Program-made: the position numbers and the translations under genes
Notes under the pieces: model-generated
Told to the model about the DNA's origin: nothing
The model's input: only the letters and a program-made list of their open reading frames with translations
Database searches by the model: none
DNA from: Euryarchaeota archaeon UBA486
Lineage (GTDB): Archaea > Thermoplasmatota > Poseidoniia > Poseidoniales > Poseidoniaceae
Length of the DNA stretch: 64,000 nt
Assembly: GCA_002497765.1 (NCBI GenBank)
Contig: DAET01000046.1
Span: 88,988-152,987 of the forward strand
Reading direction: 5' to 3'
Shown: positions 10,180-19,923 of the stretch, one piece after another
How positions within the stretch are numbered: the first letter of the stretch is position 1
Layout: every line of letters begins with the position of its first letter

Positions 10180-10623
10180 ATGGGTAAGTACAACAACAAA
10201 AGGGCACGTAAATTTAGACCAAACCAGCAGATGCGTCGCAACCCCAAGACGGGGAAGGTCGAGAAGTTTGAGGGGAAGAGGGGTTCACAGCCTTCACAAC
10301 CTCCTCAAGATTCAACCAAGACGTTGGATGACGAGCAACTGACACAGAGCCAGAAAGAGAGGATCATGCATCCCTCCACGGGCTTCGTTCCACAGAAGCG
10401 TCAACCAAGGTTCCGACCGTGCGTCTGCGAGGGCATCGACCTCGAACTGAACAACCAGCGTTTGCTCGACCTCCTCAAGCGGGAGAAGCGAGCCTACGAC
10501 GATGAAACCGGTACCTACAGGGTGCTGGTCATCTCCCCTCGGTTCCGTCGAGACCACGCACGACACATGCGGCACTTCCGGACATTCCTCCGGGAGGAAA
10601 ACATCAGGTTTGTTGAGGTCTGA
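10180..10623 (+). CDS. Small, highly basic hypothetical protein
   Basis: ATG with SD AGGTGA at 10168-10173 and upstream TATA TTTAAAT near 10012; R/K-rich, CxC. Confidence 0.7.
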   Translation: MGKYNNKRARKFRPNQQMRRNPKTGKVEKFEGKRGSQPSQPPQDSTKTLDDEQLTQSQKERIMHPSTGFVPQKRQPRFRPCVCEGIDLELNNQRLLDLLKREKRAYDDETGTYRVLVISPRFRRDHARHMRHFRTFLREENIRFVEV

Positions 10624-10728
10624 ATTGAGCCAGCAAGACCGTGGCCGGGCACACTCCCGGACAAGAGGGGGGCAATCGCGCCCCCTCACTCTTGCCGACA
10701 GGCTCGACGGCGAGTCTGCGCCGCTTCC

Positions 10729-11571
10729 TCATCGGTGCTTCCAAACCGCTGTTTCACGGTTCATGAAGGCCTGGACACCGATTTCCTTGTCTTCACTGTC
10801 AAACAGACCGGCGAAGGCGATGGCTTCGATTTCCACACCGTCGGTGAGACCTTCGTCAAGGGCAGCGCGCACCGTGGCCTTGCCGACACGCAGAGCGAGC
10901 GAGGATTTGCTACCAATTCGACGGGCCATGGCCATGACGGTGGATTCCAATTCCTCCGGTGTGACCACGTGGTTGACCAGCCCGATGCGCTGCGCCTCAT
11001 CGGCTGGCACCATGTCGCCGGTCATGATCATCTCGTGGGCCTTGCCGTAACCGACCAAACGCTCCAACCGTTGAGTGGCGCCGTAGCCCGGAATGAGGCC
11101 GAGGTTAATTTCAGGCGTGCCAAAGGTGGAGCGGTCGCTGGCGATGCGAATGTCGCACGAACACGCCACCTCGCATCCACCGCCCAGAGCAAAACCGTCA
11201 ACCATGGCGATGGTGGGCTTGCTGAGGTTCCACAGCGCTTCAACGGCGTTGTTCTTGAATCGCTCTCGGATGACTTGGCTGCCCGCACCAGCAAACTCGG
11301 TGATGTCGGCGCCTGCGACGAAGGCATGCGGCTTGGCTCGCTTCCCTTCGGGAGGTGCGTTGGGCGACGCGCCGGTGACCACCAGGACGCGCACGTCATC
11401 GGTGGCCTCCATCCAATCGCAAACGGCCTTGAGGGAGGCCAAGACCTCGTCGTTGAGAGCGTTCAGTTTGTCCGGTCGGTCAATGGTCATGCAGGCGATG
11501 AAACCGAGGTTGTCTTCATCGCTGATGGCGTGCAGGTCAACCTTCATCACGTCGCTTTGTGGGGGGTTCAT
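10729..11571 (-). CDS. Enoyl-CoA hydratase/isomerase (crotonase)
   Basis: RPDKLNALN, FVAGADI, ALGGGCE, PEINLGLIPG.G.TQRL; start uncertain. Confidence 0.9.
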   Translation of the reverse strand: MNPPQSDVMKVDLHAISDEDNLGFIACMTIDRPDKLNALNDEVLASLKAVCDWMEATDDVRVLVVTGASPNAPPEGKRAKPHAFVAGADITEFAGAGSQVIRERFKNNAVEALWNLSKPTIAMVDGFALGGGCEVACSCDIRIASDRSTFGTPEINLGLIPGYGATQRLERLVGYGKAHEMIMTGDMVPADEAQRIGLVNHVVTPEELESTVMAMARRIGSKSSLALRVGKATVRAALDEGLTDGVEIEAIAFAGLFDSEDKEIGVQAFMNRETAVWKHR

Positions 11572-11665
11572 GGCGCCACTGAAGGCTCCCCTCTTCTTGA
11601 TGTCATCGCCATGCTTCAATGAAGCACAACCAAGGTATGATAATTCAAAACGAAATCAACGGTCT

Positions 11666-12451
11666 ATGGCTGGGGACAAAGAACCGATGGTCAGCGCCGT
11701 GGATATGGCGAAGAAATACGGTGATTTCATCGCCCTTCATCCACTCAATGTGGAAGTTCATGCTGGTGAATTCTTTGGCGTGTTTGGACCCAACGGCGCC
11801 GGAAAATCCACTTTCATCAAGCTCTTGACCGGGCAACTCCGGCCGAGCAAAGGGCGCATTGAGGTGCTCGGCGTGGACGCCGTGAATGACCCTCAGAAAG
11901 TCAAGGCCAACATTGGCATCGTACCCGAGTCGGAATCACCACCCTCGTTCCTGACGCCGGCTGAATTCCTCGAGTTCGTGGCTCGTCTACGTGGCGTTGA
12001 GAACATGAAGGCCAAGGTTGAGCACTGGCTCGAATGGTTTGGCCTCCAAGACAAGCGAGACACCATGTGCAAGGACCTCTCCAAGGGTCAGCGCCAGAAG
12101 GTGATGCTCGCCAGCGCGTTCATCCACAAGCCGAAACTCTTGTTCCTCGACGAACCGTTCGCTAACCTTGACCCAATTTACCAGCGGAAATGCCGGGAGT
12201 GGCTGCTGGAGCATGTGGCTGATGGAGGCACGATTTTCCTCTGCTCGCACGTGCTTGAAATGGCTGAACGCATGTGCAACAGAATGGCGATCATCAACGA
12301 CGGAAAAGTCCTTGCAGCGGGGACGGTTAAAGGGCTCAAACAATCGGAAGAGGAGACCTTGGAAGACGTCTTCATTCGTTTGGTCGGTCGTTCCATCGAG
12401 GACGTTGAACGCCTCAGCGATGAAGGGGTCACGGACGATTCGGAGGAATGA
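11666..12451 (+). CDS. ABC transporter ATP-binding protein
   Basis: GPNGAGKST, LSKGQRQK, LFLDEP, SH. Confidence 0.93.
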   Translation: MAGDKEPMVSAVDMAKKYGDFIALHPLNVEVHAGEFFGVFGPNGAGKSTFIKLLTGQLRPSKGRIEVLGVDAVNDPQKVKANIGIVPESESPPSFLTPAEFLEFVARLRGVENMKAKVEHWLEWFGLQDKRDTMCKDLSKGQRQKVMLASAFIHKPKLLFLDEPFANLDPIYQRKCREWLLEHVADGGTIFLCSHVLEMAERMCNRMAIINDGKVLAAGTVKGLKQSEEETLEDVFIRLVGRSIEDVERLSDEGVTDDSEE

Positions 12452-14145
12452 ACGTGGCCGGGACCTTCGTCGAATCGCGTCCGTGGACGGACGAAGATTT
12501 CAGCGAGCCGGGCCCGCTTGGGACGTCCTCTCACGGCGTCACGTTGAACGAACCGCTTCGAGGTTGGGCTTCGTTTTCCGCCACCTTTCGTGTGATGTTC
12601 ATTGAGGAAGGTCGCAAGAGCGTTGAATTCGCAAAAAAGCGCCAGATGGTGCTCTTTCCGCTGTTGCTGACGCTGGTCACCGCCATTTCGACCATTGGCC
12701 TACAGTTTTTGGTGGGCGATTCCACCGCACAAACCTCGGACATTGATGCCAAGACCTTCACCTGGCAGGAACTCCGCTTTGCTCTCCACCTGCCGATGTT
12801 CATGTTCTCCTTGGGCATGGGCACCTTTGCGTTCATGGGCCGTGATGCCATCGTTCGACGAACGGGTACCAAGAATTTCCTTCTGGCTGCACCTGCGCTT
12901 CAACCGCTCCCCAATTCCATGGCGCATTTCGCCTACTTCGTCAAGGACTTGCTGTTCTACGTGATGCTGATTCTCTCCCCCATCATCGCCGGTATGGCGC
13001 TGGGCATCCTCCTTGACGGGTTTGCTGGTATCCGAACACCGCTGTTGTGGAGTTCGCTCCCGTGGACATGGTTGGCCATGGCCACGACGCTGGGTCAAGG
13101 CCTGGCGCTCTCGTTCCTGGCTTCGTCGCTGTGGCTCCGTGGACGGCCGTTCACCGTGGTTGGGCCGTTGGCGATCGTGGCCGTTGGTATCGCTGTGGGC
13201 GTGGGTGTGTTGCCCGCCGATGTCCTGCTTTGGGGCCTGGCAGCTCAGTCAAGTCAGAGCGGCCTTGCGATTCTTCTGGGGTTGCTTCTTTCGCTGGGCA
13301 TCGGATTGATTGCTTCGCTGCTCATCCTCGACGACTTTGACGTGAGTGTGGTTGAGCGGGGTGATTTGCTGGCACCGACCTACGCCCGCCTCGGTTTCCT
13401 TGGCCGCGGTCACATCCGCCTCATCGTGGCGAAGGAATTTGTTGACCTGTTTCGGTCGGGAGCCATCAAGAAGATGACCGTGTCCTACGCCATTCCCCTC
13501 CTCGTGTTGTTGGGCATGGCGTGGCTGGTGGACTTTGCTGAGGCTCCCATTCCCATCAACCTGCTCTCCTACGCCCCGTTCCTCGGGTTCTTCGGGTTCA
13601 ATTTCTACTCGTGGTTGACCATCCTTGACTCCCCAGATTTCATGAACGGGTTGCCGCTGAAAGTTCCCGATTTGATTCGGGCGAAAGTGGTGGTGTATTT
13701 CCTCGCTACGTCTTGGATTTCGCTGATTTTCATCGTCTTGATGGCGTGGCGACTGGACGAATGGGCTTCGTTGCCCACCAGCATCATCGTGATGTTTGCC
13801 AACTCGGTCTACATCGTTGCGCTCACGGCCTTCTTGATGGGCTTGCGACCCAACAAAGCCATTTTCGACGCTTCGATCATGGTTTGGTTTTGGATCGGAA
13901 CCGTCCTGCCCCTGCTGGGCCTCTTCCTGCTCTCGTTCACGCAAGGCGATGTGAGCCTCTACGGTAACTGGTGGGAGCGAGCGAGTCAAGACGGGTTAGC
14001 GGCCACCGCTCAAATGTACGATGAAACCATGGTCCAACAGGGTTACATGGGCATGATCGCCATCTCCATCGGCCTCATCTTCGCTTCGGCCTTGCTTTGG
14101 AAATTGATGGACACCCGTTGGGGGCGTTCCGAGTTCTCAAATTGA
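12448..14145 (+). CDS. Polytopic membrane protein, probable ABC permease
   Basis: About 12-14 TMs; 4-nt overlap with the ATPase stop. Confidence 0.8.
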   Translation: MNVAGTFVESRPWTDEDFSEPGPLGTSSHGVTLNEPLRGWASFSATFRVMFIEEGRKSVEFAKKRQMVLFPLLLTLVTAISTIGLQFLVGDSTAQTSDIDAKTFTWQELRFALHLPMFMFSLGMGTFAFMGRDAIVRRTGTKNFLLAAPALQPLPNSMAHFAYFVKDLLFYVMLILSPIIAGMALGILLDGFAGIRTPLLWSSLPWTWLAMATTLGQGLALSFLASSLWLRGRPFTVVGPLAIVAVGIAVGVGVLPADVLLWGLAAQSSQSGLAILLGLLLSLGIGLIASLLILDDFDVSVVERGDLLAPTYARLGFLGRGHIRLIVAKEFVDLFRSGAIKKMTVSYAIPLLVLLGMAWLVDFAEAPIPINLLSYAPFLGFFGFNFYSWLTILDSPDFMNGLPLKVPDLIRAKVVVYFLATSWISLIFIVLMAWRLDEWASLPTSIIVMFANSVYIVALTAFLMGLRPNKAIFDASIMVWFWIGTVLPLLGLFLLSFTQGDVSLYGNWWERASQDGLAATAQMYDETMVQQGYMGMIAISIGLIFASALLWKLMDTRWGRSEFSN

Positions 14146-14201
14146 GCCTCAACGCTGTCTCGGGAGGTAGGTTCTTGAGCGGTAGGCGACGGCCGTGAAC
14201 C

Positions 14202-14756
14202 ATGGGTCAAGTCGTGGCGGTGTGCGGCATGCCTGGCTCAGGCAAAGGTGAATTCGCTGCCGTTCTCGCTGAAGCCGGCGTGCCGGTTGTTTCCATGGGC
14301 GACATGATTCGAGCCGAGGTGCGCCGCCTCGGGCTTGATGAAGCCCCGCACGTGTTTGGTGAGGTGGCGGCCTCGCTGCGAGCCGCTCACGGCGAGGACG
14401 TGTTGGCGGTGCGCCTGTGCGACCGGGTGGACGAACTGCTCGTCGACCATCCGTTGGTGCTCATCGAAGGTCTGCGAGGAACGGCGGAAGACACCGTGTT
14501 CGCCGCCAGGTGGGGCGCCATCTACCGGACGGTGGCCATCATCGCTGATGCCGAATTGCGCTTCCAGCGAACCCTCAAACGCGGCCGGTCCGAAGACGGT
14601 GACCGAGCGGCCTTCGAAGCCCGAAATCAACGCGAACAGGGGTGGGGTCTTGATGCCCTCATCGAGGTGGCCGCTGATAAAATCCACAACGATGTTGACC
14701 TCCCTGAATTTCAGGGCCGCTGTGAAGCGTGGATGGCCGCGATTCTGAACGCCTAA
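14202..14756 (+). CDS. UPF0200-like nucleotide kinase (P-loop)
   Basis: GMPGSGK, SMGD.IR, EGLR, RGRSED. Confidence 0.82.
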   Translation: MGQVVAVCGMPGSGKGEFAAVLAEAGVPVVSMGDMIRAEVRRLGLDEAPHVFGEVAASLRAAHGEDVLAVRLCDRVDELLVDHPLVLIEGLRGTAEDTVFAARWGAIYRTVAIIADAELRFQRTLKRGRSEDGDRAAFEARNQREQGWGLDALIEVAADKIHNDVDLPEFQGRCEAWMAAILNA

Positions 14757-14875
14757 ACCCGTGTGCCTCGACGGTAGGAAACGCGCCACAGCAGGGCGGT
14801 TTACGACCGATTTTCACCCAAGTGTTATAGTCGGGGAGATGTTGTAGCAAACTGCAATCGCGGGGGTTGGTGACC

Positions 14876-16399
14876 ATGGCAAGAAAAAAAGGCGGTGGCG
14901 GTGGACGACAGCGAGCCCGACAACGAGCGCAATACGATGAGTTGGACAAGTACCCCGTGATGCCTCCTCACGCCTTTGCGCGTATCGTTCGCGACAAGCA
15001 AACGCTCAACATCATCTACCAGATCATCGAACCTCCGCTCACCAAGAAGGAACAAGAGCAACGAGACGAAATCATGGACATTTTCATTCGCTCCCTAACG
15101 GCAAACATTGAGGAGATCGACTCCAATCCCGAAGCCTACGTGCGGACGGCCATGGATAAGGTCATCAAATCCTACAGCATGAAAATCAACAAGAAATCCA
15201 AGTCGAAGCTGTTCTACTACCTCCGCCGCGACCTCATCGGCTACGGGAAAATGGACGTGCTGATGAACGACGTCAACGTTGAGGACATCTCCCTTGATGG
15301 CACCAACGTGCCTATTTTCGCTTACCATCGAAAATTCGAATCGGTGGAGACCACCTGTGTGTGGGAAACCGACGAAGAACTGGAATCCTACGTCATCAAA
15401 CTCGCTCAACGCTGTGGAAAGCACATTTCCGTCGCAGAACCCTTGCTTGACGCTACGCTGATGGACGGTTCCCGTATCGTCATGAAACTCGGGCACGAGA
15501 TCTCAACCCGTGGTTCGGCGTTCTGTATTCGACGGTTCAAGGACGACCCGTTCTCCCCCGCCGACATCGTCGCCTTCCGAACCATGTCGTCGTTGATGGT
15601 GGCCTACCTGTGGATCGCCTTCCAGAACGAAGTCCCGATGCTGTTCGTCGGTGGTACGGCGTCCGGAAAAACGACCACCCTCAACGCCATGTGCATTTTC
15701 ATCCCCTGGCAAATGAAAATCGTCTCCATTGAATCCACCCGTGAAGTCAACATTCCGCAACCCAACTGGGTTCCGGGCCTGACCCGACAAGGGTTTGGTG
15801 GTGAGAGCGACGACGGTGTGATCGGTGAGTTCGAGTTGCTCAAGGCAGCCTTACGTGAACGGCCGGAATACATCATCGTGGGTGAAATCCGTGGTGCTGA
15901 AGCCTATGTTCTGTTCCAAGCCATGGCCACCGGCCACTGCGCATATTCCACGGTTCACGCCGACTCCGTACCCTCCCTCGTTCACCGTTTGGAGAACAAA
16001 CCGATCGACATCCCTCGTGTGCTCTTGCCGGCGCTGGAAGCCTGTTCGATTCAGATTCAGACCCGTATCAACGGACGCCGTGTGCGTCGCACCAAGCAAG
16101 TGGTGGAAATCGTCGGCATCGACCCCAACTCGATGGAAGTCATCACCAACGAAGTGTTCCGCTGGGACGTGACCAACGATGATTTCATCTTCAGCGGCAA
16201 GTCCTACGTGCTGGAGAAAATCATGGTCAAGATCAACTACAGTCAGGAAGAGATGCGTCGTGAATTGCGAACCCGCAAGCGCATCTTGGAATGGATGGTG
16301 CTCAACGACATTCGCAAGGCTGACCAGGTTTCGCAAATCGTCACGGAATACTACGTCCGACCCAATGAAATTCTCGCCCGTGTGGACGGGTTGAAGTGA
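14876..16399 (+). CDS. Type IV pilus/type II secretion assembly ATPase (archaeal FlaI/PilB-like)
   Basis: EDIS.DG, GGTASGKTT, ALRERPEYIIVGEIRG.EA, TGH..STVHA. Confidence 0.93.
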   Translation: MARKKGGGGGRQRARQRAQYDELDKYPVMPPHAFARIVRDKQTLNIIYQIIEPPLTKKEQEQRDEIMDIFIRSLTANIEEIDSNPEAYVRTAMDKVIKSYSMKINKKSKSKLFYYLRRDLIGYGKMDVLMNDVNVEDISLDGTNVPIFAYHRKFESVETTCVWETDEELESYVIKLAQRCGKHISVAEPLLDATLMDGSRIVMKLGHEISTRGSAFCIRRFKDDPFSPADIVAFRTMSSLMVAYLWIAFQNEVPMLFVGGTASGKTTTLNAMCIFIPWQMKIVSIESTREVNIPQPNWVPGLTRQGFGGESDDGVIGEFELLKAALRERPEYIIVGEIRGAEAYVLFQAMATGHCAYSTVHADSVPSLVHRLENKPIDIPRVLLPALEACSIQIQTRINGRRVRRTKQVVEIVGIDPNSMEVITNEVFRWDVTNDDFIFSGKSYVLEKIMVKINYSQEEMRRELRTRKRILEWMVLNDIRKADQVSQIVTEYYVRPNEILARVDGLK

Positions 16400-16423
16400 G
16401 GCGGCCAAACAGGAGTCGATAGC

Positions 16424-17443
16424 ATGGACCTGACGGCATGGCAACGCATCTGCAATCGGCTGCTCGGGCCGTTTGTCAAAAAGCGCGCCCGCAACGACAA
16501 GGAATTGTCGGCCAACCTCGTCAAAGGGTCGATGGGCATGATGCCCGAAGTGTACCTCTCCACCGTGATCGTCACCTCGATTGCCATTGCGCTGATGTCG
16601 TGGGCCTTTGTGGCCATTTTCTTCATTCCCGACATCGGCGTCATCGCCTTTTACGAGAGCATTCAAGACGCCGCTACCAAGGACCCGTGCTTCGAATGGG
16701 AGTATTGGAACCCCGACCTTGTCGACCCTTCGCAGCCCGGCAACGGTTGTCCTGAATACGCCCTCCAGGTGTTCCCACCGGCGCTGAAGGTCATCATCGT
16801 CGCTCTCGGCGGATTGATCATCCCGTACGCCGCTTACGTCTACAACAAAGGCGGCGCTGCTCGAGAAGCAACCCGCCGTGCTGACATGATTGAGAAGTAC
16901 CTGCCCTACGCTGCCTCCTACACGGCGGCGATGTCGGCGGCCAACGCCACCCCGGCCAAGATTTTCAGGTCCCTTGCCATGAACAAGGACATCTACGGTG
17001 ACGTGGCTGACGACGCTGCGATGATCTATCGCGACATCACCCTTCTCGGCTACGACCTCATCACTGCGATGAAAATGAGTGTCGACCGGGCCGCTTCGGT
17101 GTGGTTGACAGAATTTTTCCAGGGCATGGTCGGCACCCTCACGGCCGGTGGCCAGCTCAAGCTGTTTTTCCTGAACCGCGCAGAGCACTACATGCGTGAA
17201 AACCGCACCCGTCTCGGGCAATTCCTCGAGTCGATTGCCCTGCTGGCCGAGTCCTACATTGTGGTCGCCGTCGCTATGCCGCTTTTCCTGATCGTCATGC
17301 TCGTCATCATGTTCTGGGTGTCGGGTTCAGGCGCGCAGATGAGCGAAGGCATGCTGTACGGCATCGTGTTGGGTTTCATCCCAATGATTCACATCGCCTA
17401 CGCCATTCTCGTGTGGACCAGCAGCAAGGAGCAAGAAATGTGA
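16424..17443 (+). CDS. T2SS-F/TadC-like platform membrane protein 1
   Basis: IEKYLPYA, YGD.A, L.EFFQG..GTL..GG.L, E.Y followed by TMs. Confidence 0.85.
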   Translation: MDLTAWQRICNRLLGPFVKKRARNDKELSANLVKGSMGMMPEVYLSTVIVTSIAIALMSWAFVAIFFIPDIGVIAFYESIQDAATKDPCFEWEYWNPDLVDPSQPGNGCPEYALQVFPPALKVIIVALGGLIIPYAAYVYNKGGAAREATRRADMIEKYLPYAASYTAAMSAANATPAKIFRSLAMNKDIYGDVADDAAMIYRDITLLGYDLITAMKMSVDRAASVWLTEFFQGMVGTLTAGGQLKLFFLNRAEHYMRENRTRLGQFLESIALLAESYIVVAVAMPLFLIVMLVIMFWVSGSGAQMSEGMLYGIVLGFIPMIHIAYAILVWTSSKEQEM

Positions 17444-17457
17444 GGGGGTGAGGGACA

Positions 17458-19032
17458 ATGGCGCGCAAGAAGGACAAGATTGTGGTCAACCTCGACCTCC
17501 CCAAGGACGATACGACGCTAACCAAGCTCTACGTCATCTTGTTCTTCTCCATCATCCTCGGCTTGGGCAGCGGTCTGTTTTGGATCACCAACTCCGGGTT
17601 CGTCCCCACGGCCAACGGTGAACCGATGTTCACCAACCTCTACTGCGGTGCCACGGCTCAAGATGAACTTGGCAATCCAACGGGCGAATTTTTCCAAACC
17701 AACCAGAAGCCAACCTACACGGCGAACCAAACCTGTTCCATCCTCCAGGACAGCCCCGACCGCATCACGTGGGAAGATGAGGAATGGACCATGGTTACCA
17801 AGCGAGGCAAAAATTTCGACGTCCCCGGAGTTCCTGATTCCGCCACAGGCGGGACTGCCGTGCTCCAGCCGCTCTGGCTGAACTACACGGTTGAAGCCTC
17901 GGGGTCGTACGACTACACCGTCGCCATCCGGACGTCCTCCGGTGATATTCTCGAGTTCGAGAACGAAACGGCGAACTCCGGTGCACAGCAGCTCTACATG
18001 GTTACGATTCCACCGGACACGCGCTACGAACTCATCTTCATGTCCTCGCAGGAAGGCCAGTTCCTGCAAACCATCACCTTCGACATGACCGTTCACTATC
18101 AGGACGGTATCCCCACGAACATGAACAACAAATCGTTGTGGTTGGGACCTGCCTTGGAAGCAGGACCGTTGAAGGTTCACCCGACCATTTTCCTCAACTT
18201 CTTCGGTCTGACGTTCTTCTTCTTCATCTTCCCAGCCTCGTACTACTGGGAGCGCGTTGAGAACGAGAAGAACGAGGTGGAAGAGAAGTTCCCAGATTTC
18301 CTTCGAGACCTGGCTGAATACTGGAAAGGTGGTCTCTCCATGACCGTCGCCGTCCAAACCCTGGCGACATCGGAATACGGTGCTCTCAACGACGAAGTCA
18401 AGAAAATGTCCGACCAGTTGAGTTGGGGTGTCAAGTTCTCTGATGTGATTGGCCAGTTCGCTGAACGGGTCGGCACCCCGCTCGTCCGGCGTGCCATCAC
18501 GCTCATCGCCGAAGCCGACCGTGCGGGTGGGAAAATTTCGGACATTCTCGTCACGGCTGCCAACGACTCCCGTGAATTGAAGTTCCTCGAGGGTGAACGC
18601 AAACGAGCCATCGGTTCGTACATTGCGGTCATTTGGACGTCGTACTTCGTTTTCCTCGGCGTGATCGTCGTTCTGGCCAAGGTGTTTATTCCCGCTATTG
18701 CAGGTTCGAACTCCGGCGGTGAAGACGGCGGCGACAGCGGCGGTCAAACCATCGGGAACATGACCATTCGAAACATCGACCCGCTGTTCTTCCTGACGAT
18801 TTTCTACTACGGCGTGACCATGCAAGCGCTCGGTAACGGTTCCATGGCCGGCTTGATGGCCACCGGTCGTTTCTCGACCGGATTCAAGCACTCGGGAATG
18901 ATGATCGTCGTCGCCCTCGTCATCTTCAACCTCGTCGCCTTTTCGCCCGACCTCATCGGCATCACGGAAGTTCCCGGGCTGAACCCCTCCTCGGGAACCT
19001 TCGTTCCTTCCCCGCTCTACTTCGGAGGCTGA
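17458..19032 (+). CDS. T2SS-F/TadC-like platform membrane protein 2 with large extracytoplasmic insert
   Basis: FPDFLRDLAE...GLS, YGAL..E, SWG, EA.RAGG.I.D.L. Confidence 0.87.
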   Translation: MARKKDKIVVNLDLPKDDTTLTKLYVILFFSIILGLGSGLFWITNSGFVPTANGEPMFTNLYCGATAQDELGNPTGEFFQTNQKPTYTANQTCSILQDSPDRITWEDEEWTMVTKRGKNFDVPGVPDSATGGTAVLQPLWLNYTVEASGSYDYTVAIRTSSGDILEFENETANSGAQQLYMVTIPPDTRYELIFMSSQEGQFLQTITFDMTVHYQDGIPTNMNNKSLWLGPALEAGPLKVHPTIFLNFFGLTFFFFIFPASYYWERVENEKNEVEEKFPDFLRDLAEYWKGGLSMTVAVQTLATSEYGALNDEVKKMSDQLSWGVKFSDVIGQFAERVGTPLVRRAITLIAEADRAGGKISDILVTAANDSRELKFLEGERKRAIGSYIAVIWTSYFVFLGVIVVLAKVFIPAIAGSNSGGEDGGDSGGQTIGNMTIRNIDPLFFLTIFYYGVTMQALGNGSMAGLMATGRFSTGFKHSGMMIVVALVIFNLVAFSPDLIGITEVPGLNPSSGTFVPSPLYFGG

Positions 19033-19036
19033 CGGC

Positions 19037-19477
19037 GTGCGTCACGACGAAGAAGCCCAGATTCACATTCTGGAAATGTTGACGCTGTTTTGGCTGTTCT
19101 TCATGTCGGCCACCTTCTTGATTCGCGTTCACGTTCCCGATTCTGCCTCTGTCGCCCTTGACTCATCCTTGGAGATGGCGGCCGACGATGCCATCCGCTA
19201 CGGTCTTGGCCTCGAGGCGGAGATTGAAGGCGACAGTCGTTTGGAGGAGTTGCTGGCCGATGATGCTCGGGAAGAGGCCTGCGAGTTGCTTCAGTCTGCC
19301 GTGGCGCCCGGAAAGGAGGCGAATTGTTGGCTGGCGAAGGACAGTTCAGTGGCCACACCGCACGGAACGGTTGGAACGCCGGCCGGTGGCACGGTGGCGG
19401 TTCACCATCTCGTGGTCATCGGCCCGTACGTTTGGACGGTCACGCTGGATGTTTGGGCCCGTGGAGGTGGTGCTTGA
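19037..19477 (+). CDS. Pilin-like protein (class III signal peptide)
   Basis: MRHDEEA|QIHILE followed by a hydrophobic helix; directly after the platform genes. Confidence 0.7.
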   Translation: MRHDEEAQIHILEMLTLFWLFFMSATFLIRVHVPDSASVALDSSLEMAADDAIRYGLGLEAEIEGDSRLEELLADDAREEACELLQSAVAPGKEANCWLAKDSSVATPHGTVGTPAGGTVAVHHLVVIGPYVWTVTLDVWARGGGA

Positions 19478-19923
19478 TGCGCGCCAGCCAACTGAAGGAC
19501 GCCAACGCTGGACAGATGCTGCTCGCCACCGGTGTCGTGCTCCTCATGTCCTTGCTTTCCATGGCCATCTTCGGCGTGAAAGTGGCGGGTCTGACCTTGC
19601 CCCACGAGGCAGCATCGGACGACGTCATTGACACGACCGATCAGGTGCTCGAGACGATACAGCCCCTGACACAGGCACGGATGGAACTCTGGATGGACGG
19701 CGGCCTTGAACCGCTTGAAGCAGCCGAACTTGGGTTCGAAACCGTACACGACGACCTGCTTCACCACGGCGAATTGCGAGGCGTTGAAATCAAACTCACC
19801 AACATGGCTGTTTCGGAACTTGACAGCAACACGCTTCAGGTCAGCGCAGAACTGGGTGTCTCCGACGGCGAGGCCATGCTGAATTACGAGGTGGCGTTCA
19901 CGCTCACCGTTCAAGCCTCGTGA
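19477..19923 (+). CDS. Pilin-like protein (class III signal peptide)
   Basis: KDANAG|QMLLATGVVLL; TGATG overlap with the upstream gene. Confidence 0.72.
   Translation: MRASQLKDANAGQMLLATGVVLLMSLLSMAIFGVKVAGLTLPHEAASDDVIDTTDQVLETIQPLTQARMELWMDGGLEPLEAAELGFETVHDDLLHHGELRGVEIKLTNMAVSELDSNTLQVSAELGVSDGEAMLNYEVAFTLTVQAS

Noticed and set aside
11093-11665. N-terminal extension of the ABC ATPase ORF
   Set aside because: Antisense shadow of the crotonase gene
14876-19923. Archaellum operon
   Set aside because: No archaellin, FlaH or single FlaJ; two TadC-like genes indicate a pilus
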